From: Armatimonadota bacterium
GTDB taxonomy: Bacteria; Armatimonadota; Zipacnadia; Zipacnadales; UBA5352
Reading direction: 5' to 3'
DNA: 33,940 bases
Assembly: GCA_049975765.1 (NCBI GenBank)
Contig: JBNGDZ010000005.1
Span: forward strand, 1-33,940
Part shown: positions 21,986 to 30,989 of the stretch, in pieces
How positions within the stretch are numbered: position 1 is the first letter of the stretch
Layout: the number at the start of each line of letters is the position of its first letter
Made by a program: the position numbers and the translations under genes
The notes under the pieces: model-generated
The model's database searches: none
Seen by the model: only the letters and a program-made list of their open reading frames with translations
Told to the model about the DNA's origin: nothing

Positions 21986-24052
21986 CTATCCGGCGGCGCG
22001 GTCCGTCCACGGCGCGAGCGCCTCCGGCGGCATAGTCCACGTTCGCTCGCCCCCCGCGCGCCCAACCTCGAGCACCGATCGGGGCTCTCCCATCGGGATC
22101 TCGCCGATCAGCTCCTCGGGGATCGCGCCCACCGCCTGCCGGGCGCGCTCCAGCAGGTCCGTGAGATGCTCTCCGTGCCGCGTTGGCCCCGCCTGCGCAG
22201 CCGTAGCCGTTCGCACCATCCTCACCAACACGGCCACCGCCGTCGGCAGCTTCGCCTGAGGGGCATCAGCGCGAAGCACCGCCGCCTCCCAGCAGGTGGC
22301 CGCGAGGGGGGCGGTAGCGCGCGCCGTGGCCACCACGTAGAGCCGCTCGCGCGGTCCGGCGGCGGAGCCTCCGCGCACGAGAATGTGCCGACCGGCGGCC
22401 TCGGCGCCGGACAGCAGCCCGGCGATGGCGGCCGAGGGCGGGCCCAGCTCCTCCTCAACGTCGTCCAGGCGCCGGGGATGACGGCCCAGCAGCAGCTCCC
22501 GCACCATGACGGCCGGCTCCCGTCGCCGGTAGATCAGCAGCGGTCCCCCGCCATCCGGCGCCGAGTAGCGCTCGCCTTCGCGCCATCCCAGGCTCTCCAG
22601 CAACGGCGTCAGCGCCCGGAAGCGGGGCATGATAGGCTGGTGCCAGGCCACGTGCATTCCCGACGCGCCGGCCTCCGCGGCGTCGATCTCGATGCTCAAC
22701 TCCTCGTCTTCCTCGCGCAGTCCCCCAGTGGCCTCCCAGCCCTCCGGCAGGCGCCACGAGAGCGACTTCGCCTCACCGGTCACCCACTGCTCCCCGACCT
22801 CCGGCACCTGCCACACACCGGGACGGAAGCTCCCGGCCATGCGGCGCAGGGCCTCAAGCCGGTCGGGCGCCGCGGCGGCGGCCGCCACCAGTAGACCGTC
22901 GCGACCATCACTGCTGAGCGTCGCCACCAACTGCAGGCCGCCGGCCGTCACAGCATCCACGAAGGCGGTGGTCCCGGACATGTCTGCCGCCAGGGACGTC
23001 CCGGCCAGATCGAGGCCCGGCAGGCGCCGCACAAGTTCCTCAAGCGTTGAGGAGCCGGCCCGCACGCCTGTCAGCGGCCACAGGTAGAGCGCTCCGGGTC
23101 GCCGGTCGGAGGGCTCAATCACGATCACTCCCGCCGCGACCCGGATGGTCCAGTCCGGCGGGATCGAGACCACGAACCCGTGGGGATCCACCCGCCGGAT
23201 CCAGGTCGTCGCGGTCATCTCCAGCTCACTGACCGCCGACGCCCGGGGCTGCATCTGCGGCTCGGCCTCCAGCCTGGTCGTCTCGGCCCCCTGCCCGCCT
23301 CCCGCCGTCGGCGCTGCGTCCGTGACGGGCCGCTCCGGCCCCGGCGGCGGAGGGACCTCTGCCTCCGACTCCCGCTCCGGAGGCTCCGGTGGCTCGGGGG
23401 TATCACCCTCCCGTCTCGCTGTCTCGCCCTCGCCCTCAGTCTGCTCCGGCTCAGGCTCGTCCGGCTCCCGATCCGGCTCGGAGACCGGCGGGCCCAGCTC
23501 CGGCGCCGTTCCCGAGGGCCCCGGACGGAAGGAGCGCATCATCCGGTCCAGCACCTCCCGGCGGAGACCCGCGAGCCTCTCGCGCGAGGTGAAGGTGCCC
23601 AACACCCAGTGCTTCCCCTCGCTGGCGTAGGCCGCGAAGACGCTGGTCTGATGGACGCCGCGGGAGCGGACGCGCCCGACAACCACCATCGCCGTCCCGC
23701 CGTCGTCGGTCTGGATCTCCTCCACCGAGTCCCTGCGGTAATCGACCATACGCCCCAGGACGCCCTCATGCTCCGCGGCCGCCTTCTCGGCCGTCGCCGG
23801 GTTGTGCAGCGCCTCCCAGGCAACCACCTCGACGATCGGCTGCTCATCCGGGGAAAGCAGGCGCGCCCCGCGACCCTCCACCGCCACCAGCTCCCAGCCG
23901 GACGGCGCCTCCACGGAGAACCCCGGGTCGGGACAGCTGAGGCGCTGCCAGTCCTCGTCGGCCGTGCAGGCTGTCGCCACCAGCAGCACCGGCAGCACCG
24001 CCCACCAACCTCTGGTGGGAAACCGGCAGGCGCGTGACGAAGACAATAGCAT
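21986..24052 (-). CDS. 688-aa probable lipoprotein of unknown function, with repeated modules and a Pro/Glu-rich linker.
   Basis: Signal with Cys: WWAVLPVLLVATAC. Two modules each start with a (D)P.GF.V..P..W motif and end in SFRPG (LDRMMRSFRPGP and LRRMAGSFRPGV). They are separated by the linker PELGPPVSEPDREPDEPEPEQTEGEGE...PEPPEPPERESEAEVPPPPGPERP. Confidence 0.7.
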   Translation of the reverse strand: MLLSSSRACRFPTRGWWAVLPVLLVATACTADEDWQRLSCPDPGFSVEAPSGWELVAVEGRGARLLSPDEQPIVEVVAWEALHNPATAEKAAAEHEGVLGRMVDYRRDSVEEIQTDDGGTAMVVVGRVRSRGVHQTSVFAAYASEGKHWVLGTFTSRERLAGLRREVLDRMMRSFRPGPSGTAPELGPPVSEPDREPDEPEPEQTEGEGETARREGDTPEPPEPPERESEAEVPPPPGPERPVTDAAPTAGGGQGAETTRLEAEPQMQPRASAVSELEMTATTWIRRVDPHGFVVSIPPDWTIRVAAGVIVIEPSDRRPGALYLWPLTGVRAGSSTLEELVRRLPGLDLAGTSLAADMSGTTAFVDAVTAGGLQLVATLSSDGRDGLLVAAAAAAPDRLEALRRMAGSFRPGVWQVPEVGEQWVTGEAKSLSWRLPEGWEATGGLREEDEELSIEIDAAEAGASGMHVAWHQPIMPRFRALTPLLESLGWREGERYSAPDGGGPLLIYRRREPAVMVRELLLGRHPRRLDDVEEELGPPSAAIAGLLSGAEAAGRHILVRGGSAAGPRERLYVVATARATAPLAATCWEAAVLRADAPQAKLPTAVAVLVRMVRTATAAQAGPTRHGEHLTDLLERARQAVGAIPEELIGEIPMGEPRSVLEVGRAGGERTWTMPPEALAPWTDRAAG

Positions 24053-24147
24053 GAGTTCGCGTCTCTTCGGGAAGGATGCCTGCGACAGGTACGCTATTCG
24101 GCTTCACCGTTGCGCGCTCCTCCCTGCGGTGGAACACGTCTCGGGGT

Positions 24148-26226
24148 ATGGAGGGATTGGCGGTGGAAGGGCCTCATCACGACCACGAGCAGCACCATGA
24201 ACACACTGACCACGAGGGGCATGACCACGAGCCACACGAGGATCGCGAGACTCACGCAGGCCACCACGAGATGATGGTGGCCGACTTCCGCACCCGCTTC
24301 TGGGTGAGCCTTGTGCTGACAGTGCCGCTGCTGGCGCTGTCGCCGACCATCCAACAGTGGGCCGAGCAGCTTGCCGGCCTCCCCGCGCTGACCTTCCCCG
24401 GGGACAGCTACGTGCTCCTGGCCCTGGCGGTGGCCATCTACGTCTACGGCGGCTGGCCCTTCCTGTCGGGTCTGATCGACGAGCTCCGCGAGGGGCGGCC
24501 CGGCATGATGACCCTCATCGGCGTGGCCATCAGCGTGGCGTTCTTCTACTCCGGGGCCGTGACGCTGGGCGTTGAGGGCAAGGTCTTCTTCTGGGAGCTG
24601 GCCACACTCATCGATGTGATGCTGCTGGGCCACTGGATCGAGATGCGGTCGGTGATGGGCGCGTCGCGGGCGCTGCAGGAGCTGGCGAAGCTGATGCCCG
24701 ACGAGGCGCACCGTATCACGGAGGGTGGCGAGATCGAGGACGTCCCGGTGAATGAACTGCAGGCGGGCGATCGCATCCTGATCAAGCCCGGGGAGAAGGT
24801 CCCCGCCGACGGGACCGTGACCGAGGGCGAGAGCGCCCTCAACGAGTCCATGCTCACCGGAGAGACCACGCCTGTGGAGAGGAGTCGCGGCGACGAGGTC
24901 ATCGGCGGCTCCATCAACGGCGATGGCTCCCTGACGGTGGAGGTGGAGAGGACCGGGGAGGACAGCTACCTCTCGCAGGTCATCAGCATGGTTGAGGAGG
25001 CCCAGCAGGCGCGCTCACGCGGCCAGGACCTCGCGAATCGGGCCGCGCTATGGCTGACCATCATCGCCATCAGCGCCGGCGTGATCACCTTCGTGGCCTG
25101 GCTGCTGGGCTCCGCGCACGAGGTGGAGTTCGCCCTGGAACGGTCCATCACCGTCATGGTCATCACCTGCCCGCACGCGCTGGGGCTGGCGATCCCGCTG
25201 GTGGTCGCGGTCTCCACGGCCATCGGCGCCAGGCGAGGCCTGCTGGTGCGCGACCGTAACGCCTTCGAGCAGGCCCGTAACGTCGAGGCGGTGATCTTCG
25301 ACAAGACCGGGACGCTCACCGAGGGCCGCTTCGGTGTGGAGGCCGTGGCGCCGCTTGGCGACCGGAGCGAGGAGCAGGTCCTGGCCCTCGCGGCGGCCGT
25401 GGAGGCGCACTCCGAACACCCCATCGCCAACGGCATCGCTCGCGAGGCCGACGACCGCAAGCTCGATGTGCCCGACGTTTCCGACTTCGAGGCCATCAGG
25501 GGCAAGGGCGCCCGCGGCACCGTCGATGGCCGCGAGATCTTCGTCGTCAGCCCCGGCTATCTGCAGCAGGAGGACATCACCGTCCCTGAGGACGCAACCG
25601 CGACGGTCGCCGGCGAGGGCCGCACGGTGGTCTACGTCCTCGAAGCGGGCCAGGTGGTCGGCGCAATCGCGCTGGCCGACATCATCCGGGAGGAGTCCCG
25701 CGAGGCCATCGACCGGCTGACAGCCGGCGGCGTCCAGACGATGATGCTTACCGGGGACACCGAGGACGTGGCGCGCTGGGTGGCCGGCGAGCTGGGCCTG
25801 GACGACTACTTCGCCGGGGTGCTGCCCGACGAGAAGGCCACCAGGGTCAGACAGGTGCAGGAGAGGGGGCTTATGGTGGCGATGGTCGGCGACGGGGTCA
25901 ATGACGCCCCCGCGCTGGCTCAGGCTGACGTCGGCGTCGCCATCGGTGCGGGAACGGACGTGGCCATCGAGACCGCCGACGTGGTGCTGGTCAAGAGCGA
26001 CCCTCGCGCGGTCGTGGACATGCTGGGCCTCTCGCGGGCCACCTGGCGGAAGATGGTGCAGAATCTGTTCTGGGCCACCGGCTACAACGCCATCGCGATC
26101 CCGCTCGCGGCGGGGGTGCTGGCGGGCTGGGGGATCATCCTCCCGCCGGCCGTCGGCGCCATCATCATGTCCGCCAGCACCGTCATCGTCGCTGTCAACG
26201 CACGATTGCTGAGGATGCCGGAGTAG
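24148..26226 (+). CDS. copB: Copper-translocating P1B-type ATPase, CopB-like (His-rich N-terminus, CPH motif).
   Basis: Motifs LTGETTPV, VITCPHALGLAIP, FDKTGTLT, HSEHPIA, MLTGD and GDGVNDAPAL. His-rich N-terminus: HHDHEQHHEHTDHEGHDHEPHEDRETHAGHHE. The start is uncertain. ATG 24148 has a poor SD, in-frame GTG 24163 has GGAGGG 7 nt upstream, and the track ATG 24076 has no usable spacing. Confidence 0.9.
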   Translation: MEGLAVEGPHHDHEQHHEHTDHEGHDHEPHEDRETHAGHHEMMVADFRTRFWVSLVLTVPLLALSPTIQQWAEQLAGLPALTFPGDSYVLLALAVAIYVYGGWPFLSGLIDELREGRPGMMTLIGVAISVAFFYSGAVTLGVEGKVFFWELATLIDVMLLGHWIEMRSVMGASRALQELAKLMPDEAHRITEGGEIEDVPVNELQAGDRILIKPGEKVPADGTVTEGESALNESMLTGETTPVERSRGDEVIGGSINGDGSLTVEVERTGEDSYLSQVISMVEEAQQARSRGQDLANRAALWLTIIAISAGVITFVAWLLGSAHEVEFALERSITVMVITCPHALGLAIPLVVAVSTAIGARRGLLVRDRNAFEQARNVEAVIFDKTGTLTEGRFGVEAVAPLGDRSEEQVLALAAAVEAHSEHPIANGIAREADDRKLDVPDVSDFEAIRGKGARGTVDGREIFVVSPGYLQQEDITVPEDATATVAGEGRTVVYVLEAGQVVGAIALADIIREESREAIDRLTAGGVQTMMLTGDTEDVARWVAGELGLDDYFAGVLPDEKATRVRQVQERGLMVAMVGDGVNDAPALAQADVGVAIGAGTDVAIETADVVLVKSDPRAVVDMLGLSRATWRKMVQNLFWATGYNAIAIPLAAGVLAGWGIILPPAVGAIIMSASTVIVAVNARLLRMPE

Positions 26227-26228
26227 CA

Positions 26229-26270
26229 GCGACGAGCGACGAGCGGCGAGTGACGAGCAACGGCGAACGG
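26229..26270. repeat. Degenerate heptamer tandem repeat immediately after the copB stop codon.
   Basis: Six units with 7-nt phase: GCGACGA GCGACGA GCGGCGA GTGACGA GCAACGG CGAACGG. Confidence 0.5.
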
Positions 26271-26406
26271 CGCCGGTCGCTCCGCGGCCCGGACACTGGT
26301 GACCTCTGCTCTCCGTCCGGGCGCCGGTGTCATAGCCGTTGTGGAGGGGAGGCCCTGCGCAGCCTGTCCGTGAGGTCTGGATCGGTGCGGTTGCACCGCG
26401 GTTCTC

Positions 26407-26434
26407 GTGGAGGTTACGGAGGGGGAACCTCCAC
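26407..26434. terminator. Perfect 9-bp stem-loop in the convergent spacer (candidate bidirectional terminator).
   Basis: GTGGAGGTT (26407-26415) pairs with AACCTCCAC (26426-26434) around a 10-nt loop. A second hairpin, CGGTGC/GGTT/GCACCG, lies at 26383-26398. No clear U-tract. Confidence 0.35.
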
Positions 26435-26471
26435 TGACGAGACCGCATTCGGCGGCATCTCACGCCTTTCC

Positions 26472-26543
26472 GGACGGGCTCCATGCGCCCTCCCGGCCGT
26501 TGCCCAGTCGTCTGGAGGGGCCGGTCTCCGTCCCAGCCCGTCC
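26472..26543 (-). terminator. Nested stem-loop 13 nt downstream of the giant hydrolase stop codon (candidate terminator or 3' UTR structure).
   Basis: The outer 9-bp stem pairs GGACGGGCT (26472-26480) with AGCCCGTCC (26535-26543). The inner stem pairs CCCTCC (26488-26493) with GGAGGG (26514-26519). Confidence 0.35.
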
Positions 26544-26555
26544 ATTGTCCGGCTG

Positions 26556-29500
26556 TCACCGGCCAGGCACCACGAAGACGCCCGCCGGGAAGCGATCCTC
26601 CCGGGTAACGCTCTCGCCGTCCGCCATGCGGTAGTGATCGGTGTAGACGTAGCGGAGGAACATCGTCCAGCGGCCCGGCTGCGGATCGGGCCACTGAGTG
26701 GCCATCACCGCCGGCTGCGTGGATGAGACCCCGATATACTCATCAGGCGCGTCCGCCAGCCGCGGCGAGTCGATGCCGGTCAGTATACGGTCCGGCGCCA
26801 GCGGCAGGACCACCTCCCTGCCGTCCTCGGCCCGCAGCACGAGCGCGACATCACGCATCTCATCGTCGCCGCGCTCGTCCTCGACGCGCGTCACGGCCAC
26901 CTCGAGCGGGAGCGGCTCGCCGGGACGGATGGTGGCAGGCAGCCTTGCGAGAGCGTCCATCTCCACCCAGTGCTGCTCGTCAGAGACGCTCAGCGGCAGC
27001 TCCACGCGACGGCTCTCGACGAGTGCTGCGAGCCGTTGCATACGCTCGTCCTCGTCGCTGTCCAGGCCCACGCGGGCCACGGCCGCGTTCCAGTCCCCCA
27101 CAAAGCCCTCGCGCGTCGCCTCGGCCAGGACCGTCACGACGCGCTGGCCGCGATGGTCCACGCGCCGGATGTCCACCGTGGCGGGCCGCGGTGCGCCATC
27201 AGCGAGCGGAACGCTGGTGACGTAGAGGCCCTCGCCCACGCGCTGCGCGGTCGCCCACGCGAAGTCCTCGCCGGGCAGCCCGAGCAGCCTCTCGCCATCG
27301 GCCAGCGTCACACGGACGTGCGCGCCGGCGGGCAGGCCGTCGGCGTCGCGGACGCGCACGGTCACAAGGGCGGTCTCTTCCGGGGCATAGAGGATGCGGT
27401 CGGTCATCACCTCCGCGCGCAGGCGGGGCGTGGAGGCCGGGCGGTCCTCGAGGCCCTGCGCCGCCGCGTTCGTGAGCACGCGGAAGATGCGCTCCAGCCC
27501 GCAGGCCGTGTCGCGGTCGTAGATCGCGTGCAGATCGCCCTGCTGGGTGGTGCTCCACAGAGCCTGGGCCGCTGCGCTGAGGTCACAGCCGAACGCCCAG
27601 TCGCGAGCATCCGGTGACGCGGCTACCACCGGCGCGCCGTCCTCGGTCGAGACGGCGGCGCGCCAGCCCGGCGGCAGGCGGATCTCATGGATCGCCAGCG
27701 CGCGCTGCAGAGATTCAGCATCCGCGCCCCAGCCTGTGAAGCGCATGATCCGATCGACCGAGACGTCGCCGGCATCGGGGACGGCCAGCGGCGTCCGGAT
27801 CCACTCCGCCACGGGGAGATGCTCCGCCATCGAGCGCTCATCACCGAGGCCGACGGCGGGCGCGGCCTCGTTCGCAGCCAGTGCGCCGGCCGACCAGACC
27901 ACCGTCGCACCGGCCCGCCGCAGCGCGTCCAGCGCGCGGACCTCGCCCTCATCGAGCGCCCGCCGGGTCGCGATGATCACCGCCGCCAGCTCATTCCACG
28001 GGCCCGCCGGCGTGCCATTGTCGTCCAGCAGCTCCCCGGGGTCCAGCCTGGTGCGCACGTCATCGCGGCTGACCATCACGCTGCGCGTCGGCAGTTCGGC
28101 AACGTAGCGGCTGAAGACTCGCGCGGCCTGCTGGCTGTCATCCACCACCGCGAGAATGCGCCGGCGGTCGGCGTGGCGGTCGTAGGCCTCGCGCAGTCCC
28201 TCCGCCGACGCGCGGAGCCTGTCGAGGCCGCGCGCCATCCCGGCCTCATCCGCGGCGGTCAGCACCACCAGGAAGCGGTCGGGGAAGTGCGGATTGACGC
28301 GCCGCTGGATGAAGTAGCCGCCGGCAGCGGGGCTCGCCGCCGTGGTCCGGCCAATGACACGCATCTCCTCCAGCGCCCGGACGGCCTCCGGCTGGCCGCC
28401 GCCGTAGCCGCCGATGAGCAGCCAGCTTGCGTCACGCGAGGCAAGCTCGCCCGCAGAGGGCATCGCCTGGGCCGTCGCTGAGCGCCCCAGTCCGCGCAGG
28501 ATCTCGGCCAGCCGCCGGGCCTCGTCGATATGCCTCTGCGTGGCCCCGACCACGATCTCGCCGGGCGTGCGGCAGAGATCGAACATCGGGCTCTGGAACC
28601 CCTGCATGGTGCGCCGGCAGGCGGTGTCGGTGAGCAGGTCCGGCCAGATGTGCGGGTACCAGGGGACGCCCTTCTGCAGCGTCCACCGCCACTCGTCGCG
28701 GCGCGCGAGGCCCTCCTGCAGCGAGACCGTGGTCAGGTCCTCAAGCGGCGTGACTACCCAGTTGAGCACGAACTCAGTGGAGAGCACAATCGCCGGGGTG
28801 CGCGTCATCTGCCGGAAGTAGTCGAAGATGTAGGCGGCCGCGCCCTCCTCGTCCACACCCGAGACGCCGCGCGTCGCCCAGGAGTACTTCGGGCCGTTCC
28901 ACTCCGTGATGCCGAGAGGCGCGTTGTCGCAGGTGGCCGCGAAGGCCAGCTTCGCCAGGTCCGGCGCTATGGTGCATCGCCGGCCCCAGTAGCGTCCCGT
29001 GTACTGGTTGACGCCGTGATAGTCGCACCGCGGCACGGGCCTGACATTGTGGAAGCGCGCCGCCCGGACGTAGGCGACAGGTATCTGCGGCTGGAGAGTC
29101 TGCCGCACGATCCCGGTGACCTCGTTGAACACGTGCCACAGGTCGTCACCGTAGACGGCCGGCAGGTCCGCGCCCCAGGCGGCAAGCTCCGCCTCGTTCC
29201 CGACCTCCATGCCGATCAGCAGCGGATGATCCACAGCCCAACGGCTGTATTCGACCGCCTCCCGGAAGGGTTCGAAGCCCTCCCGCATCGACTGGTAGCT
29301 GCGGACCGAGTCGTAGTCCGGGCAGAGGGAGCCGATGTATCCGAAACCGCGCTCCGCCAGCGCGTTCGCGTCCTGAGGCGACAGGCCATCGACGAAGCTC
29401 CCATAGGTGCGCTGGTAGTCCAGCCACAGCTCGTCGAACAGCTCCGCCGCCCGCTCGGGAAACTCCCTGACGTGGCCGCACCTGGTGCCGCGCAGGAAGT

Positions 29501-30989
29501 AGGGCTGGCCGTTGACCGCCACGGTATAGTCCGCCGGCGCCCATGCCCATGCGTGGCGCATCGTCGCGGACACGTCGCTCTCAACGATCTCGATGCGGCG
29601 GAAGGCCACGCGTTGCTCGACCCAGTCGCTCGCCTCGCCTTCGTCGAAGACGCCGACGCGTAGCGTGTGGAGGCGGCGACAGTCCGGGAACCACAGCAGC
29701 GGATCCGTTACGGTCAGCGTGAGCGCGATCTCCGCGTCCTCAGGCTCCGTGGTGCCAAAGGCAACGATCTCGCCTGCGGGCGCGAACAGCCCCGCCTGCA
29801 CAACGGCCTCCCGATCCAGCGACGCTCTCACCGCGACCGAGCCCGCCTGGTAGTCGTCCTGAAGGTGCACGCGCACGGTCAGGTCCAGCAGCTCACCGGT
29901 GCGCTGCTCCGGCGGCGCCTCCGACGCGGCCAGGAACTCCGGCGTCGGCTGGGCTCGGGCGGCGGCTGCCGGGGGCGATCCCTCCCGGCGCATGGCCGCA
30001 AGCCGCGCCCAGAGGTAGAACCGGCGAAGCTCAGGACGCTCGTCCAGCCGGCGCTTGAGCGCCAGGATGCCGTCCAGCTCTCGGTAGCACTGCTGGCGAA
30101 GCCGGGGCAGCTCCGCGATCCTGCTCGCCTGCTCCCGCACCTGTTCGGCGTCCATGGGGGCGGAGCGCTCGAAGGTGGCTCGGGGCGGCTCGCGATGCGT
30201 GAGGAACCGCCGGTGGGCGACGTCAGCACCCCAGCGCTCCCGGAGCGCCTGGAAGTCGCCCTCGGCCGCCAGCAGGCGCGAGAGATCGGCCCGGCGCTGC
30301 CGCAGCACCTCCAGGCGCGCCGCCCAGCGGTCGCGCTCGATAAGCAGCTCCCGCGTCATGTCGATAAGCCGCCGGCTCTGTGCCTCCAGCCCGTCGGTTG
30401 GGGGAGCAAGCTCAGCCTCGCGCATGGACATATCGTCCACCCACGCCCGACCGGCGGCCGAGGTTCCGGAGACCCGGAAGGTAATCATGACCTCCACCGC
30501 CCCCTCCGGGCGCCGCTCGGGCGGGAGCACGACGCTGACATGCGTCCACGGCTGGCGCCCGCGAACCGCGCGGGAGCGGGTGAGACTCAGCCAGCGCTCC
30601 TCCGAGAACCATGAGGCCACGAGGTAGGCGCTCTGGCCCCGGGCCAGCTCCGTGCGTACCCAGGCGCTGAGAACGTAGGCGACATCGGGATGGACCGAGA
30701 TACGCTCCTCGTGGCCCGCCGCGTATTGCTGGCGCACCGCGAGCATCTCCAGCGCCCGGTCACCCGAGTGCGCGTGCTCTGTGCTCAGGCGTAGCCGGCC
30801 ATCGCAGTCGCCCCAGTCGGGGGAGCTGAAGCCGGACCAGCCCACAGGCCCGTCCGCCTCGCCGAGCTGCTCGAAGCTGCCGTTCGTCAGCAGCTCCGGC
30901 CCTATCGGCTCGGCGTCCTGCGCCAGGCACGCCGCCGCCAGCAGGCAGGCGGCAACGGCCACCAGTGTCCGCGTCAGGCCTCGGGTCAT
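26556..30989 (-). CDS. 1477-aa exported multidomain glycoside hydrolase-like protein: CBM4/9-like module, Arg/Glu/Leu-rich helical segment, GH2-like beta-sandwich, clan GH-A TIM barrel and a long uncharacterised C-terminal region.
   Basis: I prefer ATG 30989 (MTRGLTRTLVAVAACLLAAACLA/QD signal) with GGAGGGAGG upstream. CBM-like N-terminus: LLTNGSFEQLG...GWSGF...AWVDDMSM. GH2-like block: DPLLWFPDCRRLHTLRV, FRRIEIV, VNGQPYFLRG. Candidate acid/base is in GMEVGNEAE (Glu codon 29193-29195). Candidate nucleophile is in GITEWNG (Glu codon 28902-28904), about 97 aa later. Confidence 0.7.
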   Translation of the reverse strand: MTRGLTRTLVAVAACLLAAACLAQDAEPIGPELLTNGSFEQLGEADGPVGWSGFSSPDWGDCDGRLRLSTEHAHSGDRALEMLAVRQQYAAGHEERISVHPDVAYVLSAWVRTELARGQSAYLVASWFSEERWLSLTRSRAVRGRQPWTHVSVVLPPERRPEGAVEVMITFRVSGTSAAGRAWVDDMSMREAELAPPTDGLEAQSRRLIDMTRELLIERDRWAARLEVLRQRRADLSRLLAAEGDFQALRERWGADVAHRRFLTHREPPRATFERSAPMDAEQVREQASRIAELPRLRQQCYRELDGILALKRRLDERPELRRFYLWARLAAMRREGSPPAAAARAQPTPEFLAASEAPPEQRTGELLDLTVRVHLQDDYQAGSVAVRASLDREAVVQAGLFAPAGEIVAFGTTEPEDAEIALTLTVTDPLLWFPDCRRLHTLRVGVFDEGEASDWVEQRVAFRRIEIVESDVSATMRHAWAWAPADYTVAVNGQPYFLRGTRCGHVREFPERAAELFDELWLDYQRTYGSFVDGLSPQDANALAERGFGYIGSLCPDYDSVRSYQSMREGFEPFREAVEYSRWAVDHPLLIGMEVGNEAELAAWGADLPAVYGDDLWHVFNEVTGIVRQTLQPQIPVAYVRAARFHNVRPVPRCDYHGVNQYTGRYWGRRCTIAPDLAKLAFAATCDNAPLGITEWNGPKYSWATRGVSGVDEEGAAAYIFDYFRQMTRTPAIVLSTEFVLNWVVTPLEDLTTVSLQEGLARRDEWRWTLQKGVPWYPHIWPDLLTDTACRRTMQGFQSPMFDLCRTPGEIVVGATQRHIDEARRLAEILRGLGRSATAQAMPSAGELASRDASWLLIGGYGGGQPEAVRALEEMRVIGRTTAASPAAGGYFIQRRVNPHFPDRFLVVLTAADEAGMARGLDRLRASAEGLREAYDRHADRRRILAVVDDSQQAARVFSRYVAELPTRSVMVSRDDVRTRLDPGELLDDNGTPAGPWNELAAVIIATRRALDEGEVRALDALRRAGATVVWSAGALAANEAAPAVGLGDERSMAEHLPVAEWIRTPLAVPDAGDVSVDRIMRFTGWGADAESLQRALAIHEIRLPPGWRAAVSTEDGAPVVAASPDARDWAFGCDLSAAAQALWSTTQQGDLHAIYDRDTACGLERIFRVLTNAAAQGLEDRPASTPRLRAEVMTDRILYAPEETALVTVRVRDADGLPAGAHVRVTLADGERLLGLPGEDFAWATAQRVGEGLYVTSVPLADGAPRPATVDIRRVDHRGQRVVTVLAEATREGFVGDWNAAVARVGLDSDEDERMQRLAALVESRRVELPLSVSDEQHWVEMDALARLPATIRPGEPLPLEVAVTRVEDERGDDEMRDVALVLRAEDGREVVLPLAPDRILTGIDSPRLADAPDEYIGVSSTQPAVMATQWPDPQPGRWTMFLRYVYTDHYRMADGESVTREDRFPAGVFVVPGR

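Noticed and set aside
21914-24037. Plus-strand ORFs 21914..22894 and 23180..24037.
   Set aside because: They are antisense shadows of the 688-aa lipoprotein gene, with Arg/Gly/Pro-rich translations and no start-site support.
26229-26270. The heptamer repeat as a possible CRISPR or minisatellite.
   Set aside because: The units are only 7 nt, degenerate and without spacers, so it is not CRISPR-like. It is kept only as a low-complexity tandem repeat.
25048-26726. 548-aa minus-strand ORF antisense to copB, and the 158-aa plus-strand ORF 26250..26726 in the convergent spacer.
   Set aside because: The copB frame is unambiguous, with all P-type ATPase motifs. The spacer ORF runs through the terminator-like hairpins and into the opposing gene, and has no SD.
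27687-30614. Plus-strand ORFs 27687..28481, 28530..29663 and 29667..30614.
   Set aside because: They are antisense shadows of the giant hydrolase gene and have no motifs.
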